NCBI RefSeq assembly: GCF_902713615.1
Contig: NC_052167.1
Location: 12,249,983 to 12,313,982, forward strand
DNA: 64,000 nucleotides
Reading direction: 5' to 3'
Source: Scyliorhinus canicula
Lineage: Eukaryota
How positions within the stretch are numbered: the first letter of the stretch is position 1; each line of letters begins with the position of its first letter. Made by a program: the position numbers and the translations under genes. Below the pieces are notes generated by a model. It was not told where the DNA came from and ran no database searches. It saw only the letters and a list, made by a program, of their open reading frames with translations. Shown piece by piece: positions 23,317 through 35,664 of this stretch.

Positions 23317-24134
23317 TTTCAGACGGTGCTGAATATCGTTGTCAATTTCACAGTGGCAAATCTCTTTCTATAAAAACCTAAGTTTAAATTGATTGTTTGA
23401 TAAGCCAATTCGTCCTCATAGCTGCCTGCATTTTCTACAGTAGCATATACTTACCCTATTTTCTGAAATATTACTATTCCCCGTGTTTATATGACTTTTC
23501 CTCTTTTGTTCCATCCAAGATGTAAACAGGGAGGCTAATATAGGCTCCCCCTCCTTAATTCATTTCCCTTCATGTTGAAATCCCATGGTACAGTCTTCAA
23601 CAGTTTATTTTTCCCAAAATTTATTTCAAGACTCTGTAACTCTTCTTCATCTTCAATCACCCCTTCCTCTTAAACTCTTCAGAGGTTTATGATGAATTCC
23701 TCTCTCCCTTACTTCCTGATTGGACCCCAGTTGTGTCCTGTGGTTTCTCAATTTGAAGAAGTGCTATCAGCTCAGGTTCTGAGGGGATAGTTTCCTGCTT
23801 CAGATAAAACAGACAAAATGCCCTTGTCAATCAACATTGCTAACCTGCTAGTGGAGTTATGGGACTACATGATTTAGTGATGTGCCACGCCTGCAAATGC
23901 AATTTTGTTAGTAGGAATTAAGAGAGGTAGCCAACTGCAATCAACCTCTAATAATCATTTATATGAGCCATTCAGCTGTAATCAATGCCAAAAGGTTAAT
24001 TAATGCAACCACTAGAAGTGCATTTCTTGCGAGCATTGGATCAGTGTTTGATTTTAAAAGCCTGTATCTAGCAGTGACTGTTACATAGGACAGTACAGCA
24101 CAGAACAGGCCCTTCGGCCCTCGATGTTCTGAGG

Positions 24135-24490
24135 GCCAGAACAGGCGCCGGAATGTGGCGACTAGGGGCTTTTCACAGTAACTTCATTGAAGCCTACTCG
24201 TGACAATAAGCGATTTTCATTTCATTTATTCCAGGTGCCCCCCGCCCCCGTATAGTGCGTTTGGGCCTGCAATAGCGCCCCGATCTCTCGCTACACTGGG
24301 ATGCTCCGGCCAGCGGCTATGTGCAGTCTTGTTCGCGCATTCCCTCTTCAGGCCCCTTATACAAAACGTGTCGTATTGAACAGTCATGTGTTTCTGGCCA
24401 CTGTGAGCACCTGGAAACACACGGCTAAACACGCTCGCTCTGGGGCTGTGTTACCTTTTGGGAGACTCGTACCCAACACGTTCCTTTCTA
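24135..24490. mobile_element. Family-2 SINE 3' half followed by a Harbinger-type terminal fragment
   Basis: SINE tail at 24135-24226. 24230-24470 is related in reverse to 25505-25720. Confidence 0.55.
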
Positions 24491-25863
24491 CTCTGGATTG
24501 AGCACGGAGTTTAAAAAGTCAACGCGTTTTCCCACATGTACCGATTAAATCTCATACGGAGTTCATTAATTGGCCAGCAGCATGCTGGCAAACGTCATGG
24601 ATCAATCGGTGTTAAAAAAAAAGGGCTGCCTCAGCCAAATGGAAATAAGGCAGCACAATTAAAGGGATTAACCCAGGTCGAGGAGAATGATGCAATGTTA
24701 TTTAGCCGGTCGTTTGTGATTATGTTACACAATCAATCTTCTCAATGGAGATTTCTGGAAAACAGAACTGGTCGAGAACCTCTGCACAGGGAGCTGAGTT
24801 TATTCATTGCAATGCTGCAACCTCACTCATGCACCCAACCCCCTCAATTCTCTCAGAGTAAACATTGTTTGCAAGACACCCGGGGAGTCGTGACCCTCCC
24901 TTACATCAATGAAAACTAACGAGATCTTAAAACAAAGCAACATTGAGAGTCTTGGGCAGATCCAATTAAAACCCCTCTGTGCATGATGATTAAAGAACGC
25001 ACTTGGACCAGATATTCCAGCCTGTCTTTGGCTTTATTCACTGCAATCAGACACAGGTTTCGGTGAAAAGAAGATGTCAGCCACTTGTTGATGGATTAGA
25101 AACATCTGTTTTGTTCCCCGCTCACCGGGGATTCACCAGAAACTGAGACTGTGTTTAGAGAGAGGGCGACATTTTAGTGGGGCGGGGGGAGTCATTTGAA
25201 TTAAAGTCGGCAATAGATTTTAGAATGTATCCAAATCTGCCACTTGTTAGTTCAGTTAAGTCACTGGACTGTTAAAAAGTAAGTTTAAAACTTTATATTT
25301 TCAGATTAGATCAGTTACATTACAGACCATTCTGCCCGACTAGTTGATGCTAGTATTCACGCTCCATCCAAGCCACATCCCTTCCTATTCCATGGCAGCC
25401 TATCAGCATAGCCATCTATTCCACTCCTACTCATGTACTTGTCCAGAATTTCCTGAGTGTCCAATGTGTTTTGAATAAAATTAAACAGTGGGTATATATA
25501 CATTATTCTCCCAAAAGCCCCGCAGCCAGCGTGTTCAGCTGTGTGTTTCCCGGCGCTCGCGGTGTCGAGAACCACATGACTATTCAACGCTTTATATAAG
25601 GGGCCTGAACGGGTAATGCATGGTCAAGGCTGCACTAGCCCCGTTTTATACAGTGGGGAGCTCCATTCGCCAGAACTCCCCATTGTAGCGAGAGATCGGG
25701 ACACCATTTTTAAATGGCCCCCAAAGTGATCCCAGATCTTCCCCACAGCCCAAACTCACTATGGGGGGGACCCCAACCCCCCTCCCCACACCTCCCCAAC
25801 ATCCACGCAAGGCACTCTCGGCCCGATCGCACGCATGCAAAATAATGCCAGCTTGGCATCTTG

Positions 25864-27335
25864 GCAGCACCACGTTTCATAGAGGGAGCCCTCACCAAGT
25901 CTCTGGATGGTGTTGAGCAGGGGCGTTCCCGCGATTGGGCAGACATCCAGCAGGCAAGGTCACCAAGTCCGACTGGGAGACTGTGACCACTGATAGCGAG
26001 TGCTAGCTCGCTCAGCAAGAGGGCGGGGCGGCAGTGCTGAAAGAAGATGAAGGACCTTCGTGGCATAGCCATGGTAAGTCTGTCTCCTCATGTCTCCTGC
26101 TGCAGCCCTTCACACACCCACCATGCCTCCATGGTAATCTCTCTCACAGCCACCTCACGGGTTCCCAACACTTGCGATAGCGTCCTCCCCCACCCCCTCA
26201 CTCCCCGCCCCCACCCCCTTGGAAAATGTGCTCCTCACATCCCCGCCCCCACTCATCCCATGCATGCCTGACTTCATCATCATCTGACCCAGCAAGACTC
26301 CTCCAGACACTCTCCACATTTGTCTCATTGCAGGATCAACTCGAGCACAACTGGCGTGAGCGGGCACAGCCTGCCGGAGTCATGCCAGAGCTGAGAACCC
26401 TAACCTATGAGGAGAGAGCCCTTGAGTTGACTGTTGAGGTGCAGGACTGCACCTGTGCAGAGGGTGAGGTGGGGGCAGCAGACTGAAGTGAGAACCCTCA
26501 AGACACGCAGCCGCAGTGCAAGCCTCCCTAGGGTTAACTTTCTCCCATCATTCCACCCCTGTGATGCACTGATGCCATCTCATTTCCTTTGCAGGCCAAT
26601 CAGTCGAACAGCCTGGACCACCCTCCCATCCTCTCTAGACCACAGACCAGAGCAGCTCTGAGGGAGACATCTTGGAGACGGACATCGAGGAGGCGTCATA
26701 GCTGTCACCCTCCACCAGCTCACAAGCGCACACCTCAGTGGGATGAACTAGTCGGCAGACCTCTGGGTCACTCACTGGTCAGCATCTCAAAGCTGAAGAT
26801 CCACAGCCGGTGGAGGAAGGAATTTCCCAGGGATCCCGCACTCAGAGGGATGCCGGAGCCCAGGACTCTGCTAAGCCCCAGATCGATGACATTCCCCTAG
26901 GTCCGGTCATCTCAGAGCTGCTGGACCTGCCAAGGGAGAGTCGTTGGAATCAGGAAGGGATGGCAGAACCTATCCCGAGTCTGCAAGGCCGACTGGAGGA
27001 ATCCCGTCACCTTCCGAATGAGGAGATGGTGCCATTACTATGAAACTAGGTCTACACAGCAAGAGTGGTGTCCGCAGTGGCGACCACGGTGCATGATGTG
27101 CACTCCATGGCTGAGGGCCTGAGCTACATGGGTGCAAGGATTCAACTGCATGGTGCAGGCGCTGGTGGGAATCCATGAGTGTCAGTGCCAGAGGATGGCA
27201 GATTTCTGGATCTCACTCCAGCTGCCCCTCTATCTAATGGAGAAGCACAGAGGTCCGGGCACTCGAAGGGAAGAGTATGGACAGAAGCATAGCCTAGGAC
27301 CCTCCATCAGGAGACCCTGGGGTGTCCAGCGCATG
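25864..27335 (+). pseudogene. Harbinger Myb/SANT-like accessory gene, three exon remnants
   Basis: APRFIEGALTKSLDGVEQ...SLSKRAGRQC*KKMKDL followed by GTAAGT (26074). Acceptor at 26333, then DQLEHNWRERAQ..ELRTLTYEERALEL. Contains a premature stop. Confidence 0.7.
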
Positions 27336-27339
27336 TATT

Positions 27340-27480
27340 GCCAGCTCTTGCATCACTTGACATAGGTGATCCACCATCCCCCTGGACAGACGCAATCTTT
27401 TCCGGCACTGGATCTCTGACATCTGGAGGTAGGAGGTTCAGTGGCTTGAAACCCCTGATCGATGGTGTCTCCTCCATGGT
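27340..27480 (-). pseudogene. Harbinger (HARBI1-like) transposase N-terminal fragment
   Basis: Manual translation gives SH*TSYLQMSEIQCRKRLRLSRGMVDHLCQVMQEL; the DDE core is absent. Confidence 0.7.
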
Positions 27481-28865
27481 TCTGCTATCTCTGGTCCTGC
27501 TCCCAGAGGTTCAGCGGGACCCTGCCTCCCCATCCTCTGCAGGGCACTGGTCCTGGCCGGGTGCAGGAACACGTCGATGTCGCTGCTGCTGAACGATCGC
27601 AATCTAAAGAATTGGCAGCTCGACTAGCTCCACGCTTCCCCAGAATCAAAAACTGAAAGGAAGAGAAAATCAAAGTGAGCAATGAGGAGTCTTGACAATT
27701 CCATGTGCCTCCCCCTATGTCAGCACCTTTCCAATGAGCCTCACCCCTTCCCCGTCACACAATAGCCTCTTCCCCAGTGTTGCCCCTCTCAACTCCACCC
27801 AAATGAAGCAAGTTGACCCTTGAGAGCCTCAGCAGTCTGTGTGCCCCCCACCAAGGGTGAAGAATGAGGGCAGTTAACTGCATTCGGCGGACCTGTGTCC
27901 TAACCTGATAGGGGAACAAGACACTGCCACCCATCAGCTCCTGAACGGCGCTCACGTTCACTATAATGCCTTGAAATGGGGGCCACATCTGTGTTATCTC
28001 TCTGTCTTGGAGACGTGAGCTTTAGCTTTGGGGTTCAAGGCTTTGGGGGATCAGCTTCCAACTATTTTAACCCAACACAAATAACGAAGGAAACTAAATC
28101 AAATAAACTGAGGGGCAAATTAAAGGGATAGTCCCTTAAAGGGATAGTCCCTTAAAGGGAAACTGCCTGAAACAAAAAGCAAATCACAGTTGAAACTTAA
28201 AATATTAAACCAAAATATGATTAAAGTGGTCAATAAGGCACCCTAGCCCCTGGGGTGCCCAATGGGCACGGGATGTCTTGAGGGTGCAGTGGGCGCCACA
28301 TACCCCTCTTCAGAGGTTCCTGTCCCCTTCGGAGGTCAGGCCTTTGGAGTCTCATTTTTATGTAGCTGTTGTAAATGGCGCTGACATGACGTCACGCCAG
28401 CGTCCGGTGAAGAGTCAGTGGGGGGTGGTGGGAGGGGGTGGGGTGGGGAGTCCCGGCGGGAGAGTTCACTACTGATACATTGATCCAGTTAAATGAGGAT
28501 CCCGAATTTCCCGGCGGATTTCTCACTCCGCCATCAGCGAGCGGCCTGGAAAATCAGGAAATGCCATCCCGTCAGCAGAGAATCGAGAGTCGTGCCGTAA
28601 TCTTCGCCAGTGTCGCCGTTCTCACTGACGGCTTAAGTCGTCTGTAAAAATCGCCCCCGAAATTTTAACAATCTGCCAAGTTAGTGCAGATAAAGTGAAT
28701 CCTGTTGGCGGAGTTCTGTGTAGGCAAATTGGGTTCAGTTAAAAATAAAGTTTTAAACTGTACAATTCGCTTGACACTCGCTTGACGAGGTGAAAGACAT
28801 TTATTTGCTGAAGACGGTTTAAATAGCAATGCATCAAAACTATATTATCAGCTTCTGATACAGAC

Positions 28866-29162
28866 GGGCGGCACTGTAGACAGTGGGTAGCACTGTTGCT
28901 TCTCAGCGGCAGGGTCCCAGGTTTGATTCCCGGCTGAGATCACTGCCTGTGTGGAGTCTGCACGTTCTCCCCGTTTCTGCGTGGCTTTCCTCCGGATGCT
29001 CCGGTTTCCTCCCACATGCCCCAGAAGACATGCTGTTAGATGAATTGGAGATTCTGAATTCTCCCTCTGTGTACCCGAATGTGACGACTCGGGGCTTTTC
29101 ACAGTAACTTCATTGCAGTGTTAATGGAAGCCTACCTGTGACAATAAAGATTATTATTATTA
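28866..29162 (+). mobile_element. V-SINE with a family-2-type tail
   Basis: HE1-like head and core, then ggggcttttcacagtaacttcattg..tgtgacaataaa and (ATT)n. Confidence 0.8.
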
Positions 29163-29244
29163 GATTATCCTTCGGTGAACTGTGGAAAGAGAGGATTGCA
29201 GCTGCATTGACAATGTTGCAGATACGTTTGGTAAAAGGGGTGGG

Positions 29245-29265
29245 TTCAGAACCGTGGACAGCAGC
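29245..29265 (+). promoter_or_regulatory. Candidate RE1/NRSE (REST site)
   Basis: TTCAGAACCGTGGACAGCAGC fully fits the degenerate consensus NTYAGMRCCNNRGMSAG. Confidence 0.5.
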
Positions 29266-29664
29266 AGCCACTTGCTCTGGCCCAGGCTGGACGGCTCTAT
29301 GAGGTTTGAGCTCCACCAAGTGGTGAATGGAGGTAACTGAAATCTTATTCAGAACACCAAGGAATATTTCCCCATTTCAGTTTGTCATTCTTTGAAACAG
29401 TGGTTGGTGATTTAAGTGGAAAGAATTCTTTGTTTTCTCAGAGCTTTATTTTCAATTTCGGACAATAATAAAATGTAAGCAACTCTAATTGTCTCGCTCC
29501 AGTGGAGAATTTGACCACATACGATGTCAAACCTGCTCAGCTTTTCTAGCACTTTCTGTTTTAAGTTTAAAAATACCAATTTGTGTCTGGATGGTCAGGA
29601 CATACGGTGTGGACACTGTACGGTGTCAATTTTTAACTTTCAAAATCAAAAAACGTTTTCCTTT

Positions 29665-30490
29665 ATTCTTTCATGGGATATGGCCTTCGCTGGCAAGGCC
29701 AGAATATGTTGCCCATTGCTAATTATCCTGAGAAGGTGATGATGAACCGTCTTCTTGATAGTCCCTGTGGGGTAGGTGCACCCACGGTGCTGTTAGGCAG
29801 GGAGATCTACGATTTTGACCCAGCGACAGTGAAGGAAAGGTGATGATATAGGTGAAGATGGTGTGTAGTTTGGAGGAGAACGTACCAGTGGTGATGTTCC
29901 CGTGCCCTGCTGCCCTTGTCCTTCTAGCTGGTAGAGGCCGCAGTTTGGAAGGTGCTGTCGAAGAAGCCTTGGTGAACCGCTGCAGTGAATCTCGTGGATG
30001 GTCTACACGGCTGCCACTGTGTGTGGTTGTGGAGGGAGTAAATGCTGAAGATGGTGGATGGGCTGCCATTCAAGGGGGGAACTTGCCCTTGTAGCTGGTG
30101 GACCCAGCCTCTGACCTGCTCATGTAGCCATGATTTTTATACAGTTCAGTTTCTGGTCTGTAGCAACCACTAGGATATTGATAGCGGGCGGGGAGTGGGC
30201 AAGGGGGGGGGGGGGGGGGGGGGACCAGCGATGGGAATGCCATTGAACGTAAAGAGGCGATTGCTAAATCCTCTCATTATTGCAGATGCTCATTGCCTGA
30301 CACTTGTGTGGCACAAATGTTACTTACAATCTATCAACCCAAACTTGAATATTGCCCAGGTCTTGCTGCATTTAGACATGCATTATTTCAATATCTGAGG
30401 AGCTGTGGAGCCATCGGAGAACATCCGCACTTCTGACCTTATGGTGGAGGGAATGTCATTGATGAAGCAGCGAAAATGTTTGAGCCTAAG
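29665..30490 (-). mobile_element. Old CR1/L2-type LINE 3' fragment
   Basis: Reverse homologue of 60555-61756. Further pieces at 31985-32262 (+) and 57185-57320 (-). Confidence 0.7.
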
Positions 30491-32470
30491 GACACTGCCC
30501 TTTTAATCAAAATTGCGTACACTGTGAATATAATTTCTGTGATGCACTGCGAATATTTCCCCAGAAATACAGCCATAAAGATGGCACCTCGGAGATGGAT
30601 TGTCTCATTAGTGTCACCACAGTAACGATGTTGGGAACCTTGTCATATCAAATATTCCCCTTTGCAATTTCTAACCTTTAGAAATGACGACCCCAATACT
30701 TAGTATAAAATAATATCAAGAGAGCTGATCTGAGATTCTCGCCTCGTCGAGTGAGCTAATAGTCAAGTCTAGCCTGTAAAATAATTCCTGATTGATTCTA
30801 ATTCCCTTGTTGGTTGGTTAGTTTGCTACTCACTCACATGGAACATAGAGCACAGAAAAAGGCCGTTCGGCCCAACTAGTCCATGATATTTTTTACACCA
30901 CTCAAGCTTCTTCCCATTATTCTCTGTCCATTCCCATCAGCATATCCGTTCATTCCTTTCACTCCCATGCCCTCATCTGGCTTCTAAACTATCCCCTGCG
31001 GTAGCAAGTTTCTACTTTTATATATAACTTATTACGAAACACCATCTTCTGTGTTAAAATGCACAGTGATAGAGGGAAGATGGAGGTCAATGATTCATTG
31101 CAATCAATAACACATTTGTTGGGAATATGACTTACATTTTCACTTGGCACTAAGACAACATGGGGGGAATCCTTTTTTTGAACACTGTGGGCTGTTGTGG
31201 TTTGGAATGCACTGCCTGGAAACAGATTAATTAGTAACACTCAAAAGGGAATGGGATAAATCCTTGAAGGGACTGCATACACAGGGCGATGCGGCAGGAG
31301 CAGGGGACTGGGATTTATTGAATAGATCTATCAAAGAGTCAGTAAAAGTACAGTGGGTGTGTGTCAGTAGTGGGAATGTCAGGTTGAAGTCTCGGTGCGG
31401 GTGAGGTTGTGTTTGGTGGAACCAGAAAAGCATGGGGGGGGTCACATTGACCCTTCATGGTAGAATGGTGAGAGAAAAACAGTGACAAAATAATATCAAT
31501 TGATGGTCATTGAGGAAAAGCAGCCCCGTCTGTCTTAATACTGGAGTGATTCCCAACAAAAAAGAAATAGACTTTCACACATCTTGTTGTGACTGATTAT
31601 ATCTGCTAAATTGTCTGTTACAAAGTTCCATAGTTCCAATATCCTGCAAGTGTTAGTGTAACACATCTGATAATAATATACTACAAGTCGTGCGTGTAGT
31701 GGCTACTTCTTTTAATCATTACACATGGACCCTGTACTTCAAATGTCACAATTTAGTACATTTGTGAGCGATTGTGACCTACTAGTCTGTATGAAAAAAA
31801 ATACAAACTGAAGTTAAAAAGGAAGGGAAGGTCTGTAAATATAATTAAACCTTGCTATTATAGACTAGCAGACATGACAAGTAACTCACGCAATTTGAAT
31901 TGCAGTTTATAAAACAGGAGAAGGTCGAAACGAAACAAGGCATTTATGCGTTTCACACAGGAGAGGGCAGGGCTGGTCATTTTTGAAGGACAAGAGCAGC
32001 AGATACCTGGGAACCCCATCACCTGGAGGTGCCCCTCCAAATCACCCACTACCCTGACTTGGAAATTATCACCATTTCTTCACTGTCGCTGGGGCAAAAT
32101 CCTGGAACTCCCTCCCTAACAGCACTGTGGGTGTACCTACACCACAGGGACTGCAGCGGTTCAAGAAGGCAACTCACCACCACCTTCTCAAGGAAAACTA
32201 GGGATGGGCAATAAATATTTGCATAACCAGCGACGCCCACATCCCGTAAATTAATTTTTAAAAAGTTATCTGAGCTTATGTAATGAGACTGAAAACTAGT
32301 AACTGAATGATTGATTCTGCTCAGGATAACCTCGTACCAGAACTGCACACAACCTACATCCACGAGCTTTTGATTAGGTTCTCGAAACCAGTCAATTCGT
32401 AATTTCACAGATCTATTGTTATGTTTTAGGTTTAACACTGAGGTATGCAGTTTTCATGGTCACATGCAAA

Positions 32471-33085
32471 GGGTGGCACGTGGCACAGTGGTTAGCACTG
32501 TTGCCTCACAGCATCAGGAACCCAGGATTGATTCCAGCCTCAGGCGACTGTCTGTCTGGAGTTTGCACGTTCTCCCTGTATCTCCATGGGTTTCATCCCA
32601 CTGTCCAAAGGTGTGCAGGTTAGGTGGGATTACAATATTACGGGGATAGGACAGGTGGGATTAGGCAGAGGTAGGGTGCTCTTTCAGAGGATGGCCTCTT
32701 TCTGCGCTGTAGGGATTCTGTGGATTGGAATGGCGCTAATCTTATTCATACTCCACTGATCTCTTAGAACTACTGAATACCAACAGAGCAGAAGGAAACC
32801 ATTCAGCCCATCAAGTCTGCGCCAACCTTCTGAAAGAACACTCCATCCAGGGTCCACACGCTGCCCTATCCACGTAGCCCTATAACCTAACCTGTACATC
32901 GAGGGGCACCTAAGCATGGCCGATCCACCTATCCTGCACATCTTTGGACTGTGGGAGGAAACCGGAGCATCTGGAGGAAACCCACACAGGCACGGGGAGA
33001 ATGCGCAGACTCCACACAGAGAAGGCCGGAATTGAACCTGGGTCCTTGGTGGCGTGAGGCAGCAGTGCAAACCTCTGTGCCACCC
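32471..33085. mobile_element. Two HE1/V-SINEs tail-to-tail (32471-32722 +, 32785-33085 -)
   Basis: tRNA heads point inward from both ends. Confidence 0.8.
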
Positions 33086-33086
33086 T

Positions 33087-34030
33087 TAGAACATAGAACA
33101 TAGAACAGTACAGCACAGTCCAGGCCCTTCAGCCCACAATGTTGTGCCGACTATTTATTCTAATCTAAGATCAACCTAACCTACACCCCTTCAATTTACT
33201 GCTGTCCATGTGCCTGTCTAAGAGTCTCTTCAATGTCACTAATGACTCTGACTCCACCACCTGGCAGTGCATTCCACACACCCACCACTCTCTGTGTAAA
33301 GAACTTGCCTCTGACATCTCCTCTGTACCTTCCTCCAATCACCTTAAAATTATGTCCCCTCATGACAGCCATTTCCACCCTGGGGAAAAGTCTCTGGCTA
33401 TACACTGTATCCATGCCTCTCATCACCTTGTACACCTCTATCAAGTCACCTCTCTGCCTTCTTCACTCCAGTGAGAAAAGCCCTAGCTCCCTCAATCTTT
33501 CTTCATGAGACATGCCCTCCAGTCCAGGCAGCATCCTGGTAAATCTCCTCTGTACCCTCTCTGAAGCATCCACATTCTTCTCATAATGAGGCGACCAGAA
33601 CTGGACACAATAGAACATAGAACAGTACAGCACAGAACAGGCCCTTCGGCCCTCGATGTTGTGCCGAACAATGATCACCCCACTTAAACCCACTTAACCC
33701 AACAATCCCCCCATTAACCTTACACTACGGGCAATTTAGCATGGCCAATCCACCTAACCCGCACATCTTTGCACATATTCCAAGTGTGGTCTAACTAGAG
33801 TTTTATAAAGCTGCAGCAAAACCTTGCGGCTCTTAAACTCAATCCCCCTGTTAATGAAAGCCAACACACCATATGCCTTTTTAACAACCCTATCAACCTG
33901 GATGGCAACTTTGAGGGATCTATGTACGTGGACCCCAAGATCCCCCTGTTCCTCCACACTTCCAAGAATCCTGCCTTTAACCCTGTTATCAGCATTCAAA
34001 TTCGACCTTCCAAAATGAATCACTTCACAT
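33087..34030 (-). mobile_element. CR1 (HER1-like) LINE 3' end with a nested SINE tail at ~33611-33770
   Basis: Fragments LQLYKTLVRPHLEY / CVQFWSPH / ERVQRRFTRMLPGL / FFTQRVVGVWNALP; (TTCTATG)n tail. Confidence 0.9.
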
Positions 34031-34319
34031 TAATAAATGTGAAACAGGCTGTTTAATGACAGGATCTCTCTCTCTCTCTCTCTTCAAACAAAATTTCCAA
34101 GAAATCTCTATTGAAGTGTACAGAAAGTATCCCTGTGTTTTCTAACTGTATTGACAAGTGTTGGTCTTCGTATGATGTCTGCAGTGAGCTGCAGTGGTAG
34201 ATTTATGGTGAATGATGTTGATGGAATTTTACAGCGCACCACTGACCTCCCAATATATTAGTGTATCTAAGTGCTGAAACATTGATCCAATAACCATGCA
34301 GCAATATCAATGTGCCATC

Positions 34320-35171
34320 TGTGATGAATGTAAGAAATTGGCATATATATTGTATTTTATATCTGTTGCAGTAATGTTTTTTAATGCCTAAGTTCAGGCA
34401 TATATATCTGTTGCAGTAATATTATGAAATAATCTAGGTTAAGGTTTCCAGATTCTGTGGCTGCATAAGGTGCAATTAAGATGTTGTAAAAGTGAGATCA
34501 TCATTCATTTCAACCATATATGTGTTTACAAAGGAAGGCTTAATGGAATTCTATTATGTTCTCAAGAGATTCCCTGGGGCATAGTTAATAATACATTGTG
34601 TTTAGACTTAGGTAAGCGGGTCAGGGGGTCTGCTTGGGATAAAGATGATGGAATTAATGGCAGGTGCCAGGTCTGTAGCAGGCAGTTTACCTTTTAGTTT
34701 TGCTGGGAGATTTGAGCTGAGCAGCATCTTTTTCCAAAGGCTGTCAGGTTAAGCAGTGGTTCGACCTAGACGCAAGGAACCTGCAGGCTGTTTCATGACA
34801 GGATCTCTCTCTCTCTTCAAACAAAATTTCCAAGAAATTTCTATTGAAGTGTACAGAAAGTATCCCTGTGTTTTCTAACTGTATTGACACGTGGCCTTTT
34901 ACCGATGATGGGTTTTGCTTGATTGGAGATTGAGGTATTAATTAGAAGTTTCATTGTTTGAAATTGTTTAACAGTTAATTGTAAACTATTTTCTGTGACA
35001 TTAATATAGTTTAATACTGTGTTAATAATTAAGGTTTGTTTGACAATAAAAGATACTTCTTAGTCACTCCTGGAATGAGGTATCCTTTCCTCACAGTTTT
35101 GCAAAGTTAAAAAGGTGTTAGGGTTCTAGTTCGATACCCTAACAAATGTTTGGGGTCTGGTCCTGGATCTC
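34320..35171 (+). mobile_element. LTR-like element
   Basis: TGTGATG start, AATAAA near the 3' end, composition like the solo LTRs; no TSD recognised. Confidence 0.4.
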
Positions 35172-35311
35172 AGGTCTTGTGAATGTTGTGCCCAATGACC
35201 CATCTCCTTAGCCTATGAAAGGAGGGGACAAGAGAAAGGAACAGAGCAAGTGGCAGGAAGGCAAGCAGAAGGAATTAGACTCAAAGTAGAGGCAGTTGGA
35301 GAAATAAGGCA

Positions 35312-35664
35312 TTGAATTCATAGAATTTACAGTGCAGAAGGAGGCCATTCGGCCCATCGAATTTGCACCGGCTCTTGGAAAGAGCACCCTACTCAAGTCC
35401 ACACCCCCACCCTATCCCCATAACCCAGTAACCCCACCCAACACTAAGGGCAATTTTGGACACTAAGGGCAATTTATCATGGCCAATCCACCTAACCTGC
35501 ACATCTTTGGACTGTGGGAGGAAACCGGAGCACCCGGAGGAAACCCACCCACACACGGGGAGAATGTGCAGACTCCACACAGACAGTGACCCAAGCCGGG
35601 AATCGAACCTGGGACCCTGGAGTTGTGAAGCAATTGTGCTAACCACCATGCTACCATGCTGCCC
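35312..35664 (-). mobile_element. HE1/V-SINE with TSD ATAAGGCA
   Basis: Full-length copy; ATAAGGCA occurs on both sides. Confidence 0.88.

Larger units (their letters stand above)
25500..28658. mobile_element. Internally deleted PIF/Harbinger transposon
   Basis: Contains a Myb/SANT-like gene remnant (+) and the transposase N-terminus (-). Right end AAAATCGCCCC is TIR-like. Boundaries approximate. Confidence 0.7.
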
